Shown here: positions 40,770 to 48,667 of the stretch, piece after piece
Position numbering within the stretch: position 1 is the first letter of the stretch
How the letters are laid out: each line of letters begins with the position of its first letter
Source of the DNA: a virus
IMG/VR virus record: IMGVR_UViG_3300030102_005560
Coordinates: 17,288 to 81,287 of that record
Direction: 5' to 3' (one strand)
Length of the DNA: 64,000 bases
Position numbers and translations under genes: made by a program
Notes under the pieces: generated by a model
The model's database searches: none
Told to the model about the DNA's origin: nothing
What the model saw: the letters and a program-made list of their open reading frames with translations, nothing else

Positions 40770-40910
40770 CTACGGTCTGAATCCTGACCATGGCCTCAGT
40801 TGATAGGTGAGGAAAGACAGAGCCAATACTAGGAACGCAGTTGCCACTGTGACGGTAGGAGGGACATCAACCGTCAAATCATCTAGGAATCGAAGGTCCA
40901 TCTCTATCAT
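40770..40910 (-). CDS. 46-aa single-pass membrane microprotein (not in ORF track)
   Basis: Hand translation MIEMDLRFLDDLTVDVPPTVTVATAFLVLALSFLTYQLRPWSGFRP; fills the gap, starting 2 nt after the upstream stop. Confidence 0.55.
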   Translation of the reverse strand: MIEMDLRFLDDLTVDVPPTVTVATAFLVLALSFLTYQLRPWSGFRP

Positions 40911-40912
40911 GC

Positions 40913-41206
40913 TCAATACCCCATATCGAATTTGCTAGGCTTCTTCAACTCACGAATCTGTTGAGTGGCGAATCTAATTTTCTGTGTGCTATGGAGATGC
41001 CAAAAGGTGTCTTTCGGGACTTTGAACTCCTTCTCCACTATGCGGCATAATTCGTATCTCGATGATGTCTGTAGGTCTTCGTCTATCTTGAGACCGAGTA
41101 CCTCAGAGACCTCCTCATCCGTGTACTTGACCCTCTTGTCCAACCAGACATATGCATAGCCCATCACGGTCATGAGTTTGCGAGCCATCCATCGGAACAA
41201 CGCCAT
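40913..41206 (-). CDS. Hypothetical protein with amphipathic N-terminus
   Basis: ORF packing on the - strand. Confidence 0.6.
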   Translation of the reverse strand: MALFRWMARKLMTVMGYAYVWLDKRVKYTDEEVSEVLGLKIDEDLQTSSRYELCRIVEKEFKVPKDTFWHLHSTQKIRFATQQIRELKKPSKFDMGY

Positions 41207-41233
41207 GGTGCAGAATCTACACCGCCTAGTTAT

Positions 41234-41458
41234 TCAACTTTCTCCGCCGCTGGTCATTCTAGGCAACAAGTTTCTCTTCTTTTTGAATACGGAGTCCTGC
41301 CAGAAGTGCCCGCATTTCTTGCACTGCCACAGTTGTATTCTCTTCTTTATCGCAGTGGTATCCCCGTTGTGGTATCTAGCAGTGAGACGATGTGGGACGT
41401 GAGTGTGATTGCAGTTTCTACACTTCACTTCCAACCGCTTCATCAGTCGTCCCATCAC
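41234..41458 (-). CDS. Zinc-ribbon protein (TFS/TFIIS C-terminal-like)
   Basis: VKCRNC...WQCKKCGHFWQD; start overlaps thermosome stop. Confidence 0.6.
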   Translation of the reverse strand: MMGRLMKRLEVKCRNCNHTHVPHRLTARYHNGDTTAIKKRIQLWQCKKCGHFWQDSVFKKKRNLLPRMTSGGES

Positions 41459-42951
41459 GCTCCTCTCTTTGCTATGACATCATCAATCTTGAGTATGGCC
41501 GTGGTGACTTCAGTGGCGCTCAGCACAGCCTGCCTGATGAGGGAGGATGGCTCTACGACGCCCGATTCATTCATTGACACTATGCCTTCGTTCTCCAAGT
41601 CCGGACCCATGTCTAGCGAGCCATCCTGAATAGCGTGTCTCAGGCTCAGTATGCAATCCAATGGGTCTTGTCCACCGTTCTCCGCTATAGTCGCAGGAAT
41701 AATCTCCAGAGCCTCAGCGAATGCCTCTATCGCCATCTGTGCCCTTCCCTCTACGGTCGCTGCTTGGGAGCGCAGGTATGAGGCCATGGATGCGTATGCA
41801 CTACCACCACCAGCGACTACGCCATCGCCGTTCATCACGAGTGAGACGACCCCCAATGCGTCATCGAAGCCACGCTCAATCTCATCTAGCGTCGTCGTTG
41901 TGGCACCGCGTAGCACGAGCGTGGATTGGTCTGAGTCCACCATGCCCTCTACGAATATGTAATCGACGTCGTAGTGCCTTTGCTTGTGCACCTTGCCTCT
42001 AGCAGCGCACTCGACGTCCGAGGGCATCTGCGCTATCGGCAGACCCAGCGTGGACGAGAGGGCTTTCATGGTGCTCTCCGGTAGTCTCCTGACCACTGCG
42101 ATGTCGTGCTTCTTGAGATAGGCACAGACGTGGTCAGAGGCACCATCCCTGACAAACACCACACCACCCTTGGGCAAGTGATTGGTGAGATTCTTAGCCT
42201 GTTCTAGCATGCTTTCCCTATCCGAGGACTTGAATGCGTTGTAGCCCTTCATATCCTGTAATTGGACCTGTACGTTCTGCTCTGTCTTCTCTGGCTCCAG
42301 TCCCATGTTGACCAGCAGTATGTCACACTCCATGTCCACCTCGTGCTCTATGACGTAGTCCTTGTTGACTATGGCACCGTTGAACAGATAGGAGTCCCTG
42401 AGCGAACCGCCCGGTAGACTGAGCACCCTCACCTTCTCTGCGTCTCCTGCCTTCTTGACTGCCTCCACGCAAAGTTGGGATACCGTCTCGGTCGCAGAGT
42501 CCAATGTCTTACCTGTAATAGCAGTCTTCGCTACTGACGTCAAGGTTTCATCCGAGGCGTCTCTGGACAATGAGTCCTTGAGATAATCAGTAGCCATGTG
42601 AGCGGCCTCGTTGTAACCCTTGCAGACGAGATTGGGATGCAAACCCCGATTCATCAGGTTCTCACTGTTGGTCAGTAGTTGTCCCGCTAATACCACCGTC
42701 GACGTGGTGCCATCGTAGCACAGGCTCTCCTGCGTATGCGCACACTCGATTATCATCTTGGCGCCGGGGTGAGCAACGTCCAATTCCCTCAGTATGGTTG
42801 CTCCATCGTTGGTCACGATAGCGTTGCCGCCACCGTCTACCATCATCTTGTCCCTGCCGTTGGGCCCAAGCGTGCTCTTCACAGTGTGCACTATCGTCTT
42901 CACTGCGTTTATGTTCGTTCTCAATGCGTTTTCGTTTTCGTTTTCCGTCAT
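41455..42951 (-). CDS. ths: Group II chaperonin (thermosome)
   Basis: STLGPNGRDKM, VTNDGATIL, YDGTTS, TLVLRG, VAGGG, ILKIDDVI. Confidence 0.95.
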   Translation of the reverse strand: MTENENENALRTNINAVKTIVHTVKSTLGPNGRDKMMVDGGGNAIVTNDGATILRELDVAHPGAKMIIECAHTQESLCYDGTTSTVVLAGQLLTNSENLMNRGLHPNLVCKGYNEAAHMATDYLKDSLSRDASDETLTSVAKTAITGKTLDSATETVSQLCVEAVKKAGDAEKVRVLSLPGGSLRDSYLFNGAIVNKDYVIEHEVDMECDILLVNMGLEPEKTEQNVQVQLQDMKGYNAFKSSDRESMLEQAKNLTNHLPKGGVVFVRDGASDHVCAYLKKHDIAVVRRLPESTMKALSSTLGLPIAQMPSDVECAARGKVHKQRHYDVDYIFVEGMVDSDQSTLVLRGATTTTLDEIERGFDDALGVVSLVMNGDGVVAGGGSAYASMASYLRSQAATVEGRAQMAIEAFAEALEIIPATIAENGGQDPLDCILSLRHAIQDGSLDMGPDLENEGIVSMNESGVVEPSSLIRQAVLSATEVTTAILKIDDVIAKRGA

Positions 42952-42952
42952 G

Positions 42953-43570
42953 CTACCATTCCACCTGTACTTCTACTATCTCCCCGGTTTCCAAGGAGCG
43001 TGATTTTATGATGCCGTTGTCTCTTCCCAACATGAAAAGGTCATAGGTCAATTGAGCGTCACTCAAGCAGTACTTGATGACCTCTTCGTACTTTCCCTCT
43101 GCCCAAGCCTTCGGTGCCTCTACGCTCTCCATGAGTTTGCTCTCATTGAGATTGTGCTTGGATAGGATGTTCAGGCTCGATTCCAGAGTGCCATGTGAGA
43201 GGGAGGCCTTCTGGAACATGGCCTTGGTGTCGAATACGGATTCGGTCTTCTGCATGACGTCTCCTATTGCCCAGCAATCCAGAGAGTCTCTCAGCACTGG
43301 GAAGTCGAAGTTGATTATGTTGTGTCCCACTATCTTACCACCCTTCTCGACGAAATCGGATATGTGGTCTCCCAATGCTCTGGGGTGTAGGGGGTGGACC
43401 TCGATTCCCTCTACTTCCACCTCTTGCTTAGAGAAGACAGTTGCCTTCTCACCATCCCACGTGGCAACCACTGATGGGTCGAAGAGGGCTTTGTTCTGCC
43501 ACCCTCCTATCTCCCATGAGTAGTTGCTGGTTTCTATGTCCAGCGAGAGTATGTCGGTCATCTTACTCAA
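42953..43570 (-). CDS. DEDD/RNase H-like 3'-5' exonuclease
   Basis: LDIET, VGHNIINFD, YCLSD motifs. Confidence 0.85.
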   Translation of the reverse strand: MSKMTDILSLDIETSNYSWEIGGWQNKALFDPSVVATWDGEKATVFSKQEVEVEGIEVHPLHPRALGDHISDFVEKGGKIVGHNIINFDFPVLRDSLDCWAIGDVMQKTESVFDTKAMFQKASLSHGTLESSLNILSKHNLNESKLMESVEAPKAWAEGKYEEVIKYCLSDAQLTYDLFMLGRDNGIIKSRSLETGEIVEVQVEW

Positions 43571-43577
43571 CTCCGAA

Positions 43578-44969
43578 TCATGCGTCGTCTCTCAGCCTCA
43601 GGAACACAACCTTGCCGTCCTTGCCTTGGTCGAACATGCTGCTTGCCCACTTGTTGAAGTGGTTATAGGCTGTTCCCCTAGTAACCTGATTCTGATTCAT
43701 GTATGTGGACATTATGTCAGAACGCTTTCTCCAATTGTCACCTCGACCACCTAGGTCGAATGGGTTGCAAGCATCGTGAGCGGCCAGCCACCTTGCTTTC
43801 TGGTTTGCCTTCTCTGCAATCTTTGCACCAATCTCAACCTCTCCTTCAAGCCACTCTATGAGGTTGTTGAACAGGTCATACAGAATCTCCTTTGCCATGT
43901 CCACGTGTTCGTCGGTCACGACCCAAGTGTCCTCCATCAGAGCGATGTGTGTGGATAGGATGACTGTGTAGTTCTCCATTGCCGGTATGAATGATGCTAC
44001 GACCTCACCTATGCCCGGTCCTAGACCAGTGAGCAAGTCGTAGTAGTCCTCTATGGCAGTGTACATAGCGGGGTAGAACGAATCATTCGCGCTTAGCATG
44101 TCACCCATGGCATCTTGGAGCAACTCCTCCTGTTCTGGTCTGGACATGTTGTCCCACTCGACGAACTTCGTCTCAGTGACTTCCAGTACCCTGTTCCTCA
44201 TTCTCTTCTCTAGGTCTTTGAAATAGTCGGTGATTTCTTCGTAACTGACTTCCATCTTTGGTATCTTCTTGAAAGCAGATTCGGACCTCTTCATACTGAC
44301 ATTCATCCTCCTACCCATGCTCCAATTGGACCAGTACAGTAGAACCCTCTGGAAGATACCCTTGGTGAGCACGTATTCCTTGACGCCTGATGGAGGGTAT
44401 GTGGTAATCCACAGTGATACTAGAGATTCAGTCTCTATCCTACCTGCTTTGGTGTGCTTGACGAGGATGTTGTTGTTGCTTCCGACCGGGTTGCATGCTG
44501 ATTGTAAGTAGAGCACTGTCTCCTGACTGTGCTTGTTGGGGTTGAGTATGATTGAGCCTTCATCGAAGTTGAGAGCCTTGCGTCCGTTCAGGAACCCCTC
44601 CTTCTCAACGACCTCTACGTTGCCATCAGCGTCCTTGGTCTCCTCGAAGCCACCAATCAAACCTGCATCGGTCCCTGTGGTGTACAGGTCAGTTGGTATA
44701 TCTATGTCCTTCAGTATGTCACCAATGAACTCCCAAGCGATTGACTTGCCAGTCCTGCTCGATTGAATCCAGAAGGCATGAACCCTAGGGTCAAGGTGAG
44801 ATGCGCCCCAAGGTATTCTGACATATGGTACCGCTAGTTGTCCTTGTATGAAAAAGAAGGATAACATACCGGGTATGTCGTTGTCTATCGATGTATTACC
44901 GAAGTGTTCTAGGTACCCTCTGAAAATAGGGTTCTTCTTTACTATTGCATATTGCTCTACTTGCTTCAT
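43578..44969 (-). CDS. MCM-like AAA+ ATPase (putative replicative helicase)
   Basis: Walker A SRTGKS, TDAGLIG, Walker B LNFDEG, putative Arg finger IFQR. Confidence 0.6.
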   Translation of the reverse strand: MKQVEQYAIVKKNPIFRGYLEHFGNTSIDNDIPGMLSFFFIQGQLAVPYVRIPWGASHLDPRVHAFWIQSSRTGKSIAWEFIGDILKDIDIPTDLYTTGTDAGLIGGFEETKDADGNVEVVEKEGFLNGRKALNFDEGSIILNPNKHSQETVLYLQSACNPVGSNNNILVKHTKAGRIETESLVSLWITTYPPSGVKEYVLTKGIFQRVLLYWSNWSMGRRMNVSMKRSESAFKKIPKMEVSYEEITDYFKDLEKRMRNRVLEVTETKFVEWDNMSRPEQEELLQDAMGDMLSANDSFYPAMYTAIEDYYDLLTGLGPGIGEVVASFIPAMENYTVILSTHIALMEDTWVVTDEHVDMAKEILYDLFNNLIEWLEGEVEIGAKIAEKANQKARWLAAHDACNPFDLGGRGDNWRKRSDIMSTYMNQNQVTRGTAYNHFNKWASSMFDQGKDGKVVFLRLRDDA

Positions 44970-44971
44970 AC

Positions 44972-45030
44972 CTGACCTGATTACTGGTCAGTATATTATA
45001 ATTCCTGTTATTCTAATATCTATTCTATAC
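44972..45030 (-). promoter_or_regulatory. Putative TATA promoter with inverted repeat upstream of helicase gene
   Basis: TTATAATATA on - strand ~23-32 nt before ATG 44969; CTGACC-N8-GGTCAG at 44972-44991. Confidence 0.5.
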
Positions 45031-45721
45031 GTTTGAACCTGCTTGCCTCTACGTGAACTGGGTTCTCGCTGGTCAAGACCTCGATGACCTTCTTCCTGCC
45101 CTTCTCGCCTAGTCCCTTCACCATCTTCAACGACTCGGGGTAGCACATCTCCTCTATTGACCCGCATTCCTTGAGAAGCCTGTCTGCCATTTGACTACCG
45201 ATACCCGGCACGGTCAGTAGCATGTCCTTCCTGACGTCATTGGTGCTGACTCTCCTGATTGCCTTGGCACCGTGCGCGGATGCGGGCTTGTGCAGTTTGT
45301 TGTGCAGTTTGACTATGAAGAGCGCTGCCTCGCTCAGGTTGGGCGTGAAGAACACCTGACAGTCGAAGTCGGACATTATCCTCGCAATCGTGCCTATCAG
45401 TTCGTTCTGCACTCTCGTGTAAGTGAGTTTCTTGCCGTTGTTCTTGCTCATGGCGATGTACTTGTCTATGCCGCCATGTATCAGGAGGAAGAAGCGCTCG
45501 TAGTTAGCGTCCATGTTGTCCAGTTGCCTCCAGAGGTGACCGCTGTGACTGGACTGGAACAAGTCGCTGATGGACTTGGCCTCGATGCAAGCATTACCCA
45601 GCAAGTAGTCACCAACGACTAGGGTCCTCTTGCCCACTCTGAGACCGACTGACTCTGCCTTCCTTATCACCGAGTCATGCAGTGGTCCTCTCTCGTTGCT
45701 ATCTATCACTAAATCAGCCAT
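45020..45721 (-). CDS. xpf: XPF/ERCC4 structure-specific nuclease with tandem HhH
   Basis: IDSNE, VGDY, IEAKSISDL..S..SGHL..Q, VPGIG and VKGLG HhH motifs; likely start 45721. Confidence 0.9.
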   Translation of the reverse strand: MADLVIDSNERGPLHDSVIRKAESVGLRVGKRTLVVGDYLLGNACIEAKSISDLFQSSHSGHLWRQLDNMDANYERFFLLIHGGIDKYIAMSKNNGKKLTYTRVQNELIGTIARIMSDFDCQVFFTPNLSEAALFIVKLHNKLHKPASAHGAKAIRRVSTNDVRKDMLLTVPGIGSQMADRLLKECGSIEEMCYPESLKMVKGLGEKGRKKVIEVLTSENPVHVEASRFKRIE

Positions 45722-45950
45722 TACGTTCACGCTCCGCTATTCTTTTGTGGATACCACAGTACTTGTCACAACTGTAGTTCTTTCTCAGTTTGCATCTGCT
45801 ACCGTCCCTCTTGGTGTAGATGCATCTGTCCTCGTGAGAGGGGTGCTTGTAGCACTTACCACATAGTTGGCTGAACACCGCCTTTTTCCTATTCCCATTT
45901 CGGGAGGACAGTTTAGCGTTGCACTCCTTACATCTGTTGGTGAACATCAA
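45714..45950 (-). CDS. Cys/His-rich zinc-finger protein
   Basis: CKEC, CGKC and C-x8-C..YCGIH. Confidence 0.6.
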   Translation of the reverse strand: MMFTNRCKECNAKLSSRNGNRKKAVFSQLCGKCYKHPSHEDRCIYTKRDGSRCKLRKNYSCDKYCGIHKRIAERERNG

Positions 45951-47062
45951 ATTCCCTCCGCTGTGCCATCATAGAATTCGCACTTACCCACGCACAGTCC
46001 TTCCTGCATGAGCGTCAGACAGTTAGCATGTTTATATCCACTGTGGCCATTGCTCCCCATCACTATGCTGGAGACCTGAGTGGTGGTTACATCTCTGTCC
46101 CAATCGACCCATCCCTGCTCCGAGAGTATGTCCACTATCTGCTTGACGTGCTCCTCTTTCTTCTCCATGGGTACGCTTTCCGGAGGGAAGAACCAGCGTA
46201 GCCTGTCCCCTAGATATGAGGCGAGGTGGAATCTGGCTCTGTGAATCGGGTTGCCCTCCCCTAGTGCCGCTTGTGCTAGACACGGTAGAACCTTGATTTT
46301 ATTCAGCGATATGGTTGGTAGGTCCTTCATCTTCTTCGTCCTCTTGAATCTGGAGGGCCTCTTCTCTGGGAGGACCAGATGAACATCCTTCTCCCCTATC
46401 TGGATGTAGCCATTACGAGGCTCCTGCGCTAGGTCCAGAAGGTCATCATGGGAGAGCGTGAGTATCTCCTCGCTAGACAGGGGTATGCTCCAGCAGCCTC
46501 TTCTCATGTTGTATGAGTTAGGCAGACGTATCATGCCCGCTAAGTCGAACGCGACTGTAGGGTCGTTACATGACAAGTCCAGATTCTTGTCCCAGTTCCG
46601 GATGAGGTTTCTACCGCCTTGCTTTATCCTAGTTACCTCCAGACCATCAACGGGTGTGAAGGTCTCTGACAACGGCACGTAGATGTGATAGCCACCACCG
46701 CTGAACCAGACGTAGTGCCTGAAGTCGTTATCCAAGAAATGCTTGTGCAAGCGCCTCACTTGTTCTTGCATGAATGAGAAGTCGACTCCCTGTCCTCCGT
46801 TCTTGAAGTCCTTGCAATCGAAGTCCATGACGAAGTGCTTGACTATCGCACTGTTGTACTCGACACGATGATGCTTAGGAGGTGTGGTTCTCCTGTATCC
46901 ATAGGCGGTGAAGTAGGCATTGCCCCTACCATTCTTGCCTCTCCAGTATCTCTCCAAGTCGTCCCAACTGCGTACGATGTATCTTCCACCGTTCCTACCA
47001 TTGGAGCCTATCTCCAGCACCTCCCGTGGGAAGTCCAAGTCTATGAATGGCATCAAAATCAA
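45947..47062 (-). CDS. priS: Archaeo-eukaryotic primase, fused small subunit + Fe-S large-subunit domain
   Basis: MDFD, FSGGGYH, D..MIRLPNS; then LPCL..HRARFHL..C....EGLCVGKC. Confidence 0.9.
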   Translation of the reverse strand: MILMPFIDLDFPREVLEIGSNGRNGGRYIVRSWDDLERYWRGKNGRGNAYFTAYGYRRTTPPKHHRVEYNSAIVKHFVMDFDCKDFKNGGQGVDFSFMQEQVRRLHKHFLDNDFRHYVWFSGGGYHIYVPLSETFTPVDGLEVTRIKQGGRNLIRNWDKNLDLSCNDPTVAFDLAGMIRLPNSYNMRRGCWSIPLSSEEILTLSHDDLLDLAQEPRNGYIQIGEKDVHLVLPEKRPSRFKRTKKMKDLPTISLNKIKVLPCLAQAALGEGNPIHRARFHLASYLGDRLRWFFPPESVPMEKKEEHVKQIVDILSEQGWVDWDRDVTTTQVSSIVMGSNGHSGYKHANCLTLMQEGLCVGKCEFYDGTAEGI

Positions 47063-47367
47063 ATCTTGTAGAATTTAGCAGATTTCCTAATCAGGCTCTG
47101 TTTGATTTCATGCGCCATCCTCTCCACCGACCAGTCGATGAAGAACCTCGGATTCACTATCACATCGAATGCCAAGAAGGATAGGCCGTGTGGTCCCTCT
47201 CCGTCTTCGATAAATACATCAAGGGTCATTTGCCTCCCAATACTCGTGCTAAAGGCCTGCTTAGCACCCAGTAGCCCTGTCTTCATGTTTATCTCAAACG
47301 GTTCTTTGATAAACTCACTCATTAGTTCATTCAGTACTTTCTTCGTTCGTTCTATATTCTCATTCAT
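47059..47367 (-). CDS. Hypothetical protein with PIP-box-like motif
   Basis: Likely start MNENIERT at 47367; contains RQMTLDVFI. Confidence 0.5.
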   Translation of the reverse strand: MNENIERTKKVLNELMSEFIKEPFEINMKTGLLGAKQAFSTSIGRQMTLDVFIEDGEGPHGLSFLAFDVIVNPRFFIDWSVERMAHEIKQSLIRKSAKFYKI

Positions 47368-47368
47368 T

Positions 47369-48313
47369 TCATATCGCCTCCACATTATCATTCCACGCTG
47401 GGCACAACTCCATGAAGTCGCACCATTCACACTTCCTCGAACTTGGTTCAGGTGGAAATGAATCTTCAATATGTGACTTGACGAGTTTCTTCAATTTGTT
47501 CTCCACGGTCCTCGGTGCGTAACTCGTCTTCCTCGTACCGATTTCCTCTATCTCCCATTCGTCCTTGATGCCATTCTCATGTCCATTCGGGAACTCCCAA
47601 GCCCAGTGCGTCACTGGTAGGAACTTGGTGAACTGTCCCACTTCTAGGGCCAGCCTGTAGAATTGCATCTCCGGTCTCATCTTACTAGCGGTCTTTAGGT
47701 TCCACTTGCCTGTCTTCAACTCCATGAGAATGAAGCCAGAGTCACCATCAGAGTATATCGTATCGATGAAGCCTCTCATGTGTATGGGAATGCTCTCCCC
47801 GTCTACCTCGACGTCCCTACGAGCGTGGAATGAAACCTCATTGCCAACGGGCTTCCAGTTCTCACCCCCGTCTAGGAGTGTCAGCCTCTTGAACTGCCAC
47901 TCCAGCCATCTCTCTATCACTGCTTCCTCCCCATACATGTAGGGCTCAGGAGGCTTTGGTATGATGCTCCTGAGTAGTTCCATGGCAGCGTATTGATTGT
48001 CCTTCTCCAGATGCTCCAACACCTCTGGTAGCACCTCATCGACATGGTCCCAGAAGTACTCCACTATGGCATGCACGTTAGTACCGCGAATCATGGTGTA
48101 GTTTTCTTCAGAGGGCAACTCGTGAATGTACTTCAATTTGTATTGGTACTGGCAGAAGCCATGAGTGCCCATCGAGGACTTGCTCACCCTGAGTATCTTG
48201 TCCTTCATCGATGGGTGCCAAGCATACGTGCTGTTCTCGTAAGACTTTAGCAACTCATCATCGTGATACTCCTTGTTCTCGAAGAAGGCAGTATCGTTGG
48301 GGTTGAACTTCAT
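47369..48313 (-). CDS. PD-(D/E)XK exonuclease, Cas4/AddB/RecB-like
   Basis: S.SS....FC, GTNVH, GFID, ELKTGK, QFY, CEWCDFMELC (Fe-S staple). Confidence 0.85.
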   Translation of the reverse strand: MKFNPNDTAFFENKEYHDDELLKSYENSTYAWHPSMKDKILRVSKSSMGTHGFCQYQYKLKYIHELPSEENYTMIRGTNVHAIVEYFWDHVDEVLPEVLEHLEKDNQYAAMELLRSIIPKPPEPYMYGEEAVIERWLEWQFKRLTLLDGGENWKPVGNEVSFHARRDVEVDGESIPIHMRGFIDTIYSDGDSGFILMELKTGKWNLKTASKMRPEMQFYRLALEVGQFTKFLPVTHWAWEFPNGHENGIKDEWEIEEIGTRKTSYAPRTVENKLKKLVKSHIEDSFPPEPSSRKCEWCDFMELCPAWNDNVEAI

Positions 48314-48474
48314 TTCTCCTCATCCCCCACGCAGTCACATGAATCCCCAGTCCACTTCATCCAGTCCTCGATGTTCTTCGGTAGACCGCAATTCTTGCAG
48401 TCTTCCAAGTCAAAGACCCACGGTGGTAGGCTTTCCTCAGGATGCTCTGGGTAACTGAACTCGCCGTCCTTCAC
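48310..48474 (-). CDS. Small Cys-containing hypothetical protein
   Basis: GTG start overlaps upstream stop; CKNC..CDC. Confidence 0.45.
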   Translation of the reverse strand: MKDGEFSYPEHPEESLPPWVFDLEDCKNCGLPKNIEDWMKWTGDSCDCVGDEEK

Positions 48475-48656
48475 TCCTCTTCCTCCAGTATACATCTCTC
48501 AAGGTAAACACAAGCGTCCATCAGTTCCTCTTGTAAGTGTATCAACCACTCCTTCTTGGACAAATCGGTACGCTCCATCGTAGTGCCGTACTTGTTCAGT
48601 CCAGCCACGCATCTTCTTGCTATCTTTATTATCACATTGTCTTCTATCTTGCTCAT
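48471..48656 (-). CDS. All-alpha NTP pyrophosphohydrolase-like (MazG/dATP-dGTP diphosphohydrolase-related)
   Basis: GLNKYGTT..DL...WLIHLQEELMD..VYLE; AGGTGA SD before ATG 48656. Confidence 0.6.
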   Translation of the reverse strand: MSKIEDNVIIKIARRCVAGLNKYGTTMERTDLSKKEWLIHLQEELMDACVYLERCILEEEE

Positions 48657-48667
48657 TCTTCTTTCAC

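Noticed and set aside
40766-40912. Gap as a tRNA, ncRNA or terminator region
   Set aside because: No cloverleaf or T-tract seen; the gap is filled by a plausible 46-aa ORF
47369-48313. Cas4 as part of a CRISPR system
   Set aside because: No cas1/cas2 or array; stand-alone Cas4/AddB-like nucleases are common in viral replication modules
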